Source of the DNA: a virus
Lineage: Duplodnaviria > Heunggongvirae > Uroviricota > Caudoviricetes
Reading direction: 5' to 3' (one strand)
DNA length: 64,000 nt
IMG/VR virus record: IMGVR_UViG_3300026560_000023
Position 1 is the first letter of the stretch; every line of letters starts with the position of its first letter. The position numbers and the translations under genes were made by a program. This document shows positions 52,650 to 62,156 of the stretch, one piece after another. The notes beneath the pieces are model-generated. The model searched no databases and had not been told where the DNA came from. It saw only the letters and a program-made list of their open reading frames with translations.

Positions 52650-53420
52650 ATGTCTGTACAAGAAGGCTTATCCGACGTCGGTTATTGTGACCCCGGAGAC
52701 GTAGCCGTTTTCTTCGAGCAGTATGACTCCTTTGGTTCGACTACGGACCCGACGAGTTCATACGTAGACAATCTGATTCTTCAATGGTCAGATTATATCG
52801 ACCAGAAAACAGGCCACGCATGGCGGGCACGGCAGGTTGTTAATGAATTCCACGACTTAGATACACCGTATTACTACTGGGCTGGCAAGCCTCTCAAGTT
52901 GATGAAGCGAGAGATTCGAGAGTTTAAGACTGCTCAGGAAAAGGCTGATGCCTACAATCAGCGTAACGGTCTAAGTGAAGGAGACCCGGGATACAAGACA
53001 GAGGTAGATTATACCGACGACGCCATCGAAATCTGGCGAGGGAGCGGTTATCAAAACCTGGTGTCCCAGCCATCGTTCCAGCAGGGACGAGATGGAGATT
53101 ACTGGGTTGATGGCCCTAATGGTATTCTCTACATCTACCGACGTCTTGTATTCCCACGAACGAAGGGTATCAAGGTCTCGTATACCTATGGTCACGGCAA
53201 CTGGGACAATGATGAAAACTCTATCCCCCACGACATTAAGCAAGCCTGTGCTAAGTTAGTAGCAGCAGACCTGCTCCGGAGCGACCAATACGGTATGACG
53301 GTCCCTGGAAATGATGGCGCTCCAAAACCATCCGGCTCTGCTGATGCCTTCCGAGAGGAAGCAGAACAAATCTTAGATAGACGCAACGAGGTGAAAACCT
53401 TTGGCACATCTGGATTTTGA
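52650..53420 (+). CDS. Hypothetical head-tail connector-region protein
   Basis: 256-aa ORF. Confidence 0.4.
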   Translation: MSVQEGLSDVGYCDPGDVAVFFEQYDSFGSTTDPTSSYVDNLILQWSDYIDQKTGHAWRARQVVNEFHDLDTPYYYWAGKPLKLMKREIREFKTAQEKADAYNQRNGLSEGDPGYKTEVDYTDDAIEIWRGSGYQNLVSQPSFQQGRDGDYWVDGPNGILYIYRRLVFPRTKGIKVSYTYGHGNWDNDENSIPHDIKQACAKLVAADLLRSDQYGMTVPGNDGAPKPSGSADAFREEAEQILDRRNEVKTFGTSGF

Positions 53421-53862
53421 AGAGGATGTAGAAGCGGAAATCCTCGATGGATTCAAAGACGAAGAAGAATTCGTCGGAGAAGTTGGAATTGAGATGTACA
53501 AAGAAAACACGGAACGTGTACTTAGGCTGATGAAGCGTACTGACAACGAAAAACTCCAGCCTTTGTTAGATGAAGTCACGGATACATACCGAGATGGAGA
53601 CGAGTACAAGTTCCACGTTGCTCACCCGGCAGCTCCATTCCACGAATACGGAGCATTAACAGCGTCCTTGACTACTATGAATACGTCTGATTATGCGTTT
53701 TCCTGGTCCGATGAGAATATCAGGAAAGTAAATCAGACGGTTCCAGGAAAGTATTGGAGGGACGATGGTCCTCTACGCATTCCTGCCCTACGATTCATGC
53801 ACAAGGCTCGCATGTTAACCATAGGTCAAATGTGGAGAGAATTCAAGAGTAATTGGAGATAA
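53401..53862 (+). CDS. Hypothetical structural protein
   Basis: 153-aa ORF. Confidence 0.4.
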   Translation: MAHLDFEEDVEAEILDGFKDEEEFVGEVGIEMYKENTERVLRLMKRTDNEKLQPLLDEVTDTYRDGDEYKFHVAHPAAPFHEYGALTASLTTMNTSDYAFSWSDENIRKVNQTVPGKYWRDDGPLRIPALRFMHKARMLTIGQMWREFKSNWR

Positions 53863-53865
53863 TAC

Positions 53866-54384
53866 ATGACAGCAATTCAAGCGGTAGAACAACTGCTCGA
53901 AGATAATTGGGAGAGTGAAGCAGATGCCGTTGATGGTCGCATCAACGATGTTCCTCAACCCTATATCCTGAGAGAGAAGGATACCGATAGACGTCGTGTG
54001 AACCTCCAAGACGGGGACTACATCTTCGTTATTGATGGAGGAAAGCCCGCAATCGAACCCCGTTCTCTTGGTTGGACTGAGGAGAGGATTGAAACGATTG
54101 TTGCTCTGGACATATATACTTCCCATAGTCGTGAACGTCTACTGGGAGAAAGACAGAGCGATGGCACCAACGAAGGAAATGTTGGAGAGTCATATGGAGG
54201 TCTCGCTGGAGAGACAAAACGCATAATGGACGTTCACCGTAAGGGATTCCAGGAGTGGGATATGCTAATTGCATCAACCTTCGATGACTTACAATCCCAA
54301 ACGGGCGCTGGTATCTGGAGAGGTCAGTGGGAACTGAGGATGGTTCAGATTGCCAGTAATATTAATGTCGGAAACGACTGCTAA
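53866..54384 (+). CDS. Hypothetical structural protein
   Basis: 172-aa ORF. Confidence 0.4.
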   Translation: MTAIQAVEQLLEDNWESEADAVDGRINDVPQPYILREKDTDRRRVNLQDGDYIFVIDGGKPAIEPRSLGWTEERIETIVALDIYTSHSRERLLGERQSDGTNEGNVGESYGGLAGETKRIMDVHRKGFQEWDMLIASTFDDLQSQTGAGIWRGQWELRMVQIASNINVGNDC

Positions 54385-54452
54385 TGAAAACGTTTAATTA
54401 GTAGGTACATTTTAAATATGTCGAGGAACACAATTTAGACAGACGTTTCCAA

Positions 54453-54722
54453 ATGGACGCAAGAAGACTGAGAAACGCAATCGACGCCGAAGAGGTCCGC
54501 CCGGCGTGGATTCAACGCAACCGAGACGAGCTTAGTGAGCTTCTTGACTCTCATGTTCCTCGCGCTAGCGTTGCAGACCTCAACGAGTGGTGGTCTCGCA
54601 ATAAGAGCGTGGTAGGACGAGAAGTCAATGCAATGCTTGAAGATACGGAGATTACGGGAGATGACGACGAAGGCTTTGAGGATTCGTCAGAGTCCGAAAG
54701 CTCCAACGATGAAGACAACTAA
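54453..54722 (+). CDS. Hypothetical acidic protein
   Basis: 89-aa ORF. Confidence 0.4.
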   Translation: MDARRLRNAIDAEEVRPAWIQRNRDELSELLDSHVPRASVADLNEWWSRNKSVVGREVNAMLEDTEITGDDDEGFEDSSESESSNDEDN

Positions 54723-54738
54723 AAGGTAACTAAGATAC

Positions 54739-55803
54739 ATGGCACTTACAGGAAAAGACACTGGCTTAGTATACCGCTGGGAAGATAGTTTCCTAATGCA
54801 GGATTCTACAACCCCCGGCGACTATAGCGAAATTACAGATAGTACGAATAAGACCTTCGGGTCTAACGTCACAATGGGAACCAACGAAGGTTCCAACAAC
54901 GCTGTACGCCAGTTCAACCCGATGAACAGACAGGCAGAATATATTATCGAGCAGCAGTTCGCAGGCTCTTGGTCTGTGGATTTCACGCTCACAAACCCGT
55001 GGTGGATTAAGGCCGTTTACGGGGATGCAACATCCGGAGAAGAGACGAGCGCTCCGTACACTTACACGTACGATGGTAAGTTCCCGGCGCCGATGGTTCT
55101 TATCCAGCAGACGGAATTCCCTGATGGGACAAAGAATCACCGACTTTACAAGGGATGTGTTGCTACATCCGCTGAAATCAGCGTCGGTGTAGAGGACACG
55201 GTATCTGTGTCCCTCAGTGGAGCATATGCTGATGAGGAACTTATCAAGGATGTTGAAGCAGCGTCCTCGCCTCCCTTCACTACGTACACCCAGCCATCGA
55301 ACCCAGAGCGTCCGATGCACTTCGGTGAGGCAAATCTTTACGTTGACCAGAATGGAGACGGCGACATAACGAAGCGCCTCCGCGTCCAGGACGCTTCCCT
55401 AACTCTCGAAGGCAACGTCGATATGATTTACGAGCTTGGAACACGGCTCGGCGTCGACTTCAGCCCGAAGGCTCTCGAACCGTCTCTGTCTTACAGCGAC
55501 ATCGTTCGGAACAATTCAGACGATGCTGCGTCTGACGTTCAGAGAATGTATGGCTCGTCCTCATCCACGACTCCGAATGACCCCAATATGGACGATGCTG
55601 CTGTTAAGGCAGAACTTGAGTTCGATAATGGGGCTTCTGGGAGCGATAAGAACGCACTCACGTTCACTATGGCGGGTACATTCCTTGACACCTACAGCAG
55701 AAACAACGTAGGTGACCCGACAGCAGACATCGAAGGCGACATCGACCGACTCGTTACACGGTGCACCGCAGTAGCAGAGCACAGTAACGATTCAGCACTA
55801 TAA
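54739..55803 (+). CDS. Putative major tail protein (tube or sheath) by position
   Basis: 354-aa ORF three genes upstream of the tape measure gene. Confidence 0.35.
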   Translation: MALTGKDTGLVYRWEDSFLMQDSTTPGDYSEITDSTNKTFGSNVTMGTNEGSNNAVRQFNPMNRQAEYIIEQQFAGSWSVDFTLTNPWWIKAVYGDATSGEETSAPYTYTYDGKFPAPMVLIQQTEFPDGTKNHRLYKGCVATSAEISVGVEDTVSVSLSGAYADEELIKDVEAASSPPFTTYTQPSNPERPMHFGEANLYVDQNGDGDITKRLRVQDASLTLEGNVDMIYELGTRLGVDFSPKALEPSLSYSDIVRNNSDDAASDVQRMYGSSSSTTPNDPNMDDAAVKAELEFDNGASGSDKNALTFTMAGTFLDTYSRNNVGDPTADIEGDIDRLVTRCTAVAEHSNDSAL

Positions 55804-55826
55804 ACGACTAACAACACTTTAAAGCA

Positions 55827-56375
55827 ATGGTTACGAAGACGGTAAATCTACAGGAGCGCGTTGAAGAAGTTGAGAACGAAAGACTGCCCGAAATCTCCGA
55901 GCGTCAGGAGGAGATTGTTTCAGAGGCTCAGGACTATGAGGAAGGTGGGGATTCTATTCCTGCCAGCCTTGAAGATGAGTTCGATGAGCTTGAATCTGAA
56001 AGGGTAGAGATTTCCGGGGAAGCAAAGACACTCAAGAGAGCAATCCAGGATTGGGAAGGAGCAGAATTCCAGCTACAGGAGCTTACCTTCGGTCAGGTAC
56101 AGCAAATTAGCGACGACGTCATGGAACAGTCGTTCGAGGTCGACGTTCAGAGTCAGAACATGACTGGTGCTCCCAAACAGGGATTCTATCAGATTGAAGT
56201 CCTCCGACGGTCTATTGCGTCCACTCCGCCAGAGGCACCTGATGACCCAGCAGAGTATCCGACGGCTATTGGCGAGTATCTCTTCGAGCGAGTTAACGCT
56301 CTTAACACCGTGGGCGACACGGACATGGGAAACTCATCACTGCGGGAGAGAATGAAGAGCAACTCCGGAAGATAA
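55827..56375 (+). CDS. Putative tail assembly chaperone by position
   Basis: 182-aa acidic ORF between the tail protein and the tape measure gene. Confidence 0.3.
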   Translation: MVTKTVNLQERVEEVENERLPEISERQEEIVSEAQDYEEGGDSIPASLEDEFDELESERVEISGEAKTLKRAIQDWEGAEFQLQELTFGQVQQISDDVMEQSFEVDVQSQNMTGAPKQGFYQIEVLRRSIASTPPEAPDDPAEYPTAIGEYLFERVNALNTVGDTDMGNSSLRERMKSNSGR

Positions 56376-56524
56376 GTGCGGAGCTTATCTACAGAGGGTT
56401 AGACCCCGACGAAGTTGCCTTTCGCAACGTTTATGCGTACTTAGAAAACATGGAAACTATGGTAGAACGAGACAAGGAAGTTATGATGGCAGCCATTGCA
56501 GAGGTCTTAAACGAGGCATTCTAA

Positions 56525-57640
56525 ATGGCTAACTTGGACCCTAAGGTTTACATCTATGGCCCGTTGAAGAACACTGATACGAGTTGGGGAGAAGGGTTCC
56601 CTGTGTACGCGGGCCAAGAATCTCGTTCCGAGGGGTCTGCAGAACTCAACGTTCAACCAATTCCTTTCTTCGGCTCAGATGAAGCATTTTTAACGGGATT
56701 CTTTGCCGGAGAAGACATTAGTTTTACGGGCATAGCGACGAGCAATCGCGTCCTCCAAGATAGGCAAGGGAAAGAGTACAACGTAAATGGAAGTCCCACC
56801 ATCAATACCAAACAGGATGCCCTTGCAGATTACATTATAGAATTAGAAAGCCTTTGCATTCCTAACCCGGGAATCGGTTATGTCTTGACTGATTCCATGA
56901 GGGGAAGAACAGAATATGACGCAATAAATCCGCTTACAGAAGACGTTGCTTTTGATGAAGATGAAGATATGCTTGGGAGTGGTTTTATTGTAGAAAGCGT
57001 TGATTGGGAATATGAAGAAGCTGCTCCCCACCAGATTTCCTATACGATAGAAGGATTCAAGTCCGAGGGCGTCACGGAAGACCCTTCTAACAGAGACGCT
57101 TACATACAAAATGAGTGGGCGAATGTTGGACGTAGTGATTTCTTCCCGATTGATGAAATCAAACTCTCTGATAAAAACGACCCCGAACAAAAGAATCTGA
57201 CAAAATACAACAGATTTATTTTAGGAAATGTAATAAGTAAGAGAGTAGAACGCTCTATTGGAATGGAGAGGTACAATATTGCATACGGTGGCTCTGGGAA
57301 TACCTTGAGTATACCTACTGAGGGAATCCAAGCTAAAATCGCAGTCGAAGGAGCAGTTACAGCAAACGATTTCTTGGATAATCAGTCGGATTTATTCAAG
57401 GACGTCTCGGATTCAGAGCTGGAAGGAAATCAATCCAACGAGCCTCTAAAGGAATTTTCAACCGACGTTGTCAATTATTGGCTCGGTAATAACCTGGATA
57501 TGATTTACGGAGAGTCTATGACGGACAGAAGGTTCTATGGACAACTCTCCGATTTCTCAACTACCTTTGAAGCCGGGTCTCCCTCGCGTATGCTTTACTC
57601 TTTGGAATTCGTGGTCGGGGCAACGGACGGTCAATCGTAA
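56525..57640 (+). CDS. Hypothetical tail-associated protein
   Basis: 371-aa ORF. Confidence 0.4.
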   Translation: MANLDPKVYIYGPLKNTDTSWGEGFPVYAGQESRSEGSAELNVQPIPFFGSDEAFLTGFFAGEDISFTGIATSNRVLQDRQGKEYNVNGSPTINTKQDALADYIIELESLCIPNPGIGYVLTDSMRGRTEYDAINPLTEDVAFDEDEDMLGSGFIVESVDWEYEEAAPHQISYTIEGFKSEGVTEDPSNRDAYIQNEWANVGRSDFFPIDEIKLSDKNDPEQKNLTKYNRFILGNVISKRVERSIGMERYNIAYGGSGNTLSIPTEGIQAKIAVEGAVTANDFLDNQSDLFKDVSDSELEGNQSNEPLKEFSTDVVNYWLGNNLDMIYGESMTDRRFYGQLSDFSTTFEAGSPSRMLYSLEFVVGATDGQS

Positions 57641-57707
57641 ACCTACACCCCATTTTTACATTCCAAACGTATTAATAAGGTCAATTACAATTTTCTATTA
57701 ACCGCAG

Positions 57708-60700
57708 ATGGTCCAGGAAATAGGTCTTACAGCGAAGATTAAGCCAGAGACGGACACCCGTACTGCGAAGAAGGAAGCGGGTAAACTCAAGGGAATCTTT
57801 GAGGATGAACTGGAAGACCTGAACATCGCAGCAGGCATTGGAATGTCTGCTCTGGACAAAGATATGGATAGTCTCCAGGACCGTCTTAATGAAATGCTCG
57901 GGGACCAGAGCATTAACATCAAGGACGTTGACATGGGAGGAGGAGCCTCCGGTCTGGGTCTAATGGGCATGATTGGAGCCCAGATGTTGGGAGAGGAAGG
58001 AGGCTCTGGAGAATCTTCATCCAAGGAAGAGGAGGATAACGAGCGAGGAGCAGCCGAAGAAGCCCTAAAGGACATGGCTGGAGACGGCTTTGTGGGCGAC
58101 ATGGCTGAAGGATTCCTCGGACCTAAAGCCGGTATGATGGAGTCCTTTATGGATTTCATCCCGGATTCTCTCGCAGGGAAAGGTGGGAAAATGCTCGGAC
58201 GTCTGGGAGCAGGTCCCGCACCAGAAGAGATTACTGAAGAAGGAGTCAACGAAGGCACTAGGAAAGCTGCAGAAGGAGAACAAGAAGGCAGTGGCGGGTT
58301 AGGCGGAGCGCTGGGTAAAGGTGCTCGCGTTCTGTTCCTCGGTGGCCTTGCACTGGACGCTCTTATGTCCATCAAGGATACAATGGGGACTCTCTCTAAT
58401 TCCAGTCCTCTGCTTGACGGAGTTCTCAATATGTTCAGCGTTGCGATGGGACTATTCTTCCGTCCATTCGGAAACTTCCTTGGTAAGATGTTATACCCTG
58501 CGATGGAGTCGCTTCTCCAGTTAGGTGTAGACTTCAACAAGGTATACAGTAGCCAAGGACTATATTCTGCCCTCACATACGCTGCAAGAGAAGGCGGTCA
58601 GTTAGTAGGAAAACTGATTAAAGGAGTTGCCTACGATATGGTCCCGTGGCTAATCGGCGGGGTAGGCAAAGGTCTAATGGCTCTCGGGGCAATGCTTATA
58701 GAATTCACCAAAGGGTTCTTCGAAGGCCTCGTGAATATGAACTGGGGCAACCTTTCCATACTTGAAAAGATATTCGGAATCCTCAGTACATTCATCGGCG
58801 GTCTTTCAGGAGCAAGCGTCGGTGCTGCTATTGGATTTGCTATCGCTGGACCAATAGGTTCTGCTATCGGTGGTGTACTCGGAGGTTCACTTGGAGCGAC
58901 ATTCTTCGGTCGAGCAGGCCAGCAGGCAGGAGAAGTATTAGACTATCTTGGAGACCTCGGGGCCGGATTTAGACAGGTAACAGACCCGCTCAAGTCCATG
59001 GGAGAGGCGACTGGCATGGTCGCGGGCGCTCTAATGGGAATGTATAAGGGGGCCATGCTTGGAGCGGCTGCAGGTTCCGTAATCCCCGGTATGGGTACAG
59101 TTGTGGGTGCCTTAGCCGGTGCTCTCGGAGGCGCTGTCCTTGGCGCTGGCATCGGTAAAATAATCGGAGAGGGAATTGATACAATCCTTGGAGGTATAGC
59201 AGATGGAGTGAAGGGTGTCTTTGGATACCTCAAAGGGCTTTGGCCCGGTTGGGTAGGACCGGTTATTCCATCCTTCGTTGATTCGGTTGGAGGATGGCTT
59301 CAACAGTCACCGGGTCTAATCCCACCCTTCCCGAGTTGGGATACCATTATGGACGCTGCTAAAGGAGGGCTTTCTATTGGAGGTGAAAAGATAGAAGGCC
59401 TTATCGACCTGTTCAAGACTGCTATGGCAATCTTCTTCAGGCCATTTAGTCCTCTCGCAGACATCTTCAAGCTGATGTATGCTTTCCTCTACGGGATCTG
59501 GAAATACTTTACCAAGGGGAAGTTCATAGAAGACTTCTTCAAGGCTCTCGCAGACCTCCCAGGAGATATTGCTACAGCTCTCAGTGATTTACTCGGAGGT
59601 CTTGGACTCGGAGATATTAAACTCTCGCTCCCAGACTTCTCGCTCGGAAATCTACTCGGAGGCTTTGACTTAGGCCAATGGATAGATGACAACCTCAGTC
59701 TTGCCGGAGTAGTCAACGCTTTTGAATCTGCTCTTCCGAGCAAGCTAAACCTCAAATCCATCATCAGTGGAAAAATCAGCAAGATTAAGAACCTTGGTTC
59801 CATAATCAAAGGGAAATTAGGCAAGGTATCTAAGTTCGGGAAGTCACTCGCAAATAAGATTCCCAAGGTCAGTGTATCTCCCATAGTCACAAAGATTAAG
59901 GACGCCATCCCGAACAAGATTAATCCCTTCTCCAAACTGACTCCGAAGATGCCGAAACTCCCCTCCCTGCCGGGAGGCGGTGGTTTGTTTGGAAAGCTCG
60001 CAGAAAGCTCGAAAGGAGCCTTCGGAGCCAAAGGGATGGCGAAGGGAGCGCTCAAAGGAGGCATGGCACTCAAAGGAGGAATCGGGGGTCTCCTAAAAGG
60101 TGCTCTGAAAGGAGCAATGAAGGGCGGAGGTCTCGGAGTATTCCTTGGTATGCCCGGTGGCGGAGCTGCCTTTGGAGGTGCCGCAGGTGGTGCTAAGGGA
60201 GCAGCGAAAGGCGCCAAAGGAGGTTACAAAGCAGCTGAAGACCTCATAGAGAAATTAGGAGGTCTAAGAGATACGGTCGTAGACCTATCTCAAAAACTAA
60301 AGAGATTCGGCAGTAAGATTGCTGACATGGTTCCTGGGATGCCAAGCCTCGGAGGAAAGGGCGGGGCGCTCGGTGGCATTGCCAAGAAGATTCCTGGCTT
60401 AGGCAAAGCAAAGGGTCTGGCTAAAGGATTAGGCAAGAAGGTCCCTGGTCTTGGCACTCTGCTTTACGGCGCTGAGGGAGCGCTGGCGGCGAAGGATGTT
60501 ATGCAGGGCAAGACTAAGAACGACGCCGAAGCCGGTAAGAAGCTCGGTTCCGTAGCAGGAGGTGCGGCTGGAGGAACAGCTGGAGCTGCTATCGGGGGCG
60601 CTCTCGGTAGCGCGATTGCTCCCGGCATTGGAACAGCCATTGGTGCTGTAGCAGGTGGCCTCATCGGGGATTGGCTCGGCCGTAAACTTGGCGGGTTCCT

Positions 60701-62156
60701 CGGAGAAACCTTCGGTCCAGCCCTTGGAAACATTGGAAAGGATATTGGAAAGTTCGGTAAAGACCTCGGTAAAGGAACCAAGGATGTAATCAGCGGCATT
60801 GGAGACTGGGTAGACGGCATCGCAGAATCCGCCGCTGATTGGAGAGGAGAGGTAGATGACTTCATCGACTATATCGAAAACAAGGGTCAAGACGTTAAGG
60901 AAGTCCTTGGAGATATTGCCGGTTGGTTCCGTTCAAAGGGCCAGGATGTACGTCAGATGCTCCAAAACATCTCTGACTGGTTCGCTGCCAAAGGAAGAGC
61001 GGTACGCCAAACCCTTCAGAACGTATCTAACTGGGTTCATGCGAAGGGTCGAGTTGTAAGAGATACACTCCAAACAGTCTCTGACTGGGTAAACGCTAAA
61101 GGACGGGCCGTGAAGAATGTCTTGATAGACATTAAGACATGGTTCGATACTCAAGGACGGGCCGTGAAGAATGTCTTGATAGACATTAAGACGTGGTTCG
61201 ATGCACGGGGCAGAGCCGTGAAGAATACCCTTAGCGATTTATCCACGTGGTTTACAAACGAGGGAAAAGCTGTCAGAGATACTCTTAGTAGTATAAGTTC
61301 CTGGATTAGTTCTGCAGGAAGCTCTGTCCAAGGAACGCTTAACGGCATAAGTTCCTGGATTAGTTCTGCAGGAAGCTCTGTCCGAGGAACGCTTAACGGC
61401 ATAAGTTCCTGGATTAGTTCTGCGGGACAAGCCGTCAAAGGCGCTATCAATAACGTTGCGAGTCAGCTGGATATAGACCTTCCTGACCCAAGTGGCGCGC
61501 TTAATGGAATCATCAGTGATTTCCAGAGCTTCGACCTTCCGAACATAAGCCTCGGTAAGGTGAAGAGTTGGCTCGGGCTGGCTACCGGGGGTATCGTGAG
61601 TAACCCAACTCCGGCAGTCGTTGGAGAAGGAGGAGAGACAGAGGCTGTGATGCCTCTCTCCAATATGGCATCCATGCTTAACACCGCTGCTGGAGAGAAC
61701 GTATACAGTTCCAGTGATGCCGAAGGAATGGCTCTAAAGCACCTTCCGAATCCGAAGATGCTTGAGGAAGGAGGAGTCGTAACTGGTCCTACTCTCTCCA
61801 TGGTCGGTGAGGGTAAGGAGTCCGAGGCTGTGATGCCTCTAAGTAAGCTCGAAGACTTCGTTAGCTCGTCTGCCCCCGACGTCACAGTCAATGTGGATAG
61901 CGAAGGAATCGGGACGACGATTGGAGAAGTAGTTGCTCGCAAGCTACAATCTGTCGTCACTAACGCTACTCGCGGAAATGATAACGGTGGCGGAGAGACA
62001 GATACGCAGAGATTAGAGACGTTACTCGAAGACATGATAAGCGAAATGCAGCGTGATAGAGGAGACGTTAACCTCAACGTTGATGGTAAGACTCTCAGTA
62101 GGGAGAATAGAAAGGCCATGGATAAATATGACACGAGCAGAGAGGTGAGTAAGTAA
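57708..62156 (+). CDS. Tail tape measure protein
   Basis: 1482 aa; Gly/Ala-rich transmembrane-like segments (GGLGGALGKG and others); an 18-aa periodic repeat block around 60880-61440 that includes an exact 48-nt tandem duplication. Confidence 0.75.
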   Translation: MVQEIGLTAKIKPETDTRTAKKEAGKLKGIFEDELEDLNIAAGIGMSALDKDMDSLQDRLNEMLGDQSINIKDVDMGGGASGLGLMGMIGAQMLGEEGGSGESSSKEEEDNERGAAEEALKDMAGDGFVGDMAEGFLGPKAGMMESFMDFIPDSLAGKGGKMLGRLGAGPAPEEITEEGVNEGTRKAAEGEQEGSGGLGGALGKGARVLFLGGLALDALMSIKDTMGTLSNSSPLLDGVLNMFSVAMGLFFRPFGNFLGKMLYPAMESLLQLGVDFNKVYSSQGLYSALTYAAREGGQLVGKLIKGVAYDMVPWLIGGVGKGLMALGAMLIEFTKGFFEGLVNMNWGNLSILEKIFGILSTFIGGLSGASVGAAIGFAIAGPIGSAIGGVLGGSLGATFFGRAGQQAGEVLDYLGDLGAGFRQVTDPLKSMGEATGMVAGALMGMYKGAMLGAAAGSVIPGMGTVVGALAGALGGAVLGAGIGKIIGEGIDTILGGIADGVKGVFGYLKGLWPGWVGPVIPSFVDSVGGWLQQSPGLIPPFPSWDTIMDAAKGGLSIGGEKIEGLIDLFKTAMAIFFRPFSPLADIFKLMYAFLYGIWKYFTKGKFIEDFFKALADLPGDIATALSDLLGGLGLGDIKLSLPDFSLGNLLGGFDLGQWIDDNLSLAGVVNAFESALPSKLNLKSIISGKISKIKNLGSIIKGKLGKVSKFGKSLANKIPKVSVSPIVTKIKDAIPNKINPFSKLTPKMPKLPSLPGGGGLFGKLAESSKGAFGAKGMAKGALKGGMALKGGIGGLLKGALKGAMKGGGLGVFLGMPGGGAAFGGAAGGAKGAAKGAKGGYKAAEDLIEKLGGLRDTVVDLSQKLKRFGSKIADMVPGMPSLGGKGGALGGIAKKIPGLGKAKGLAKGLGKKVPGLGTLLYGAEGALAAKDVMQGKTKNDAEAGKKLGSVAGGAAGGTAGAAIGGALGSAIAPGIGTAIGAVAGGLIGDWLGRKLGGFLGETFGPALGNIGKDIGKFGKDLGKGTKDVISGIGDWVDGIAESAADWRGEVDDFIDYIENKGQDVKEVLGDIAGWFRSKGQDVRQMLQNISDWFAAKGRAVRQTLQNVSNWVHAKGRVVRDTLQTVSDWVNAKGRAVKNVLIDIKTWFDTQGRAVKNVLIDIKTWFDARGRAVKNTLSDLSTWFTNEGKAVRDTLSSISSWISSAGSSVQGTLNGISSWISSAGSSVRGTLNGISSWISSAGQAVKGAINNVASQLDIDLPDPSGALNGIISDFQSFDLPNISLGKVKSWLGLATGGIVSNPTPAVVGEGGETEAVMPLSNMASMLNTAAGENVYSSSDAEGMALKHLPNPKMLEEGGVVTGPTLSMVGEGKESEAVMPLSKLEDFVSSSAPDVTVNVDSEGIGTTIGEVVARKLQSVVTNATRGNDNGGGETDTQRLETLLEDMISEMQRDRGDVNLNVDGKTLSRENRKAMDKYDTSREVSK
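61101..61202 (+). repeat. Exact 48-nt tandem duplication (54-nt period) inside the tape measure gene
   Basis: ggacgggccgtgaagaatgtcttgatagacattaagac(a/g)tggttcgat repeated with a 6-nt spacer; encodes QGRAVKNVLIDIKTWFD(T/A). Confidence 0.8.

Noticed and set aside
60880-61440. A possible CRISPR array suggested by regular direct repeats at 61100-61420
   Set aside because: The repeats are in frame within the tape measure ORF, encode peptide repeats, have 6-nt rather than 30-40-nt spacers, and there are no cas genes.
57698-61450. Minus-strand ORFs inside the tape measure gene (57698-58576, 58943-59233, 59489-60217, 60429-60890, 60464-60865, 61151-61450, 61463-62230)
   Set aside because: They are antisense to the Gly/Ala-rich TMP, whose GGN/GCN codons give open Pro/Ala/Ser-rich frames on the opposite strand.
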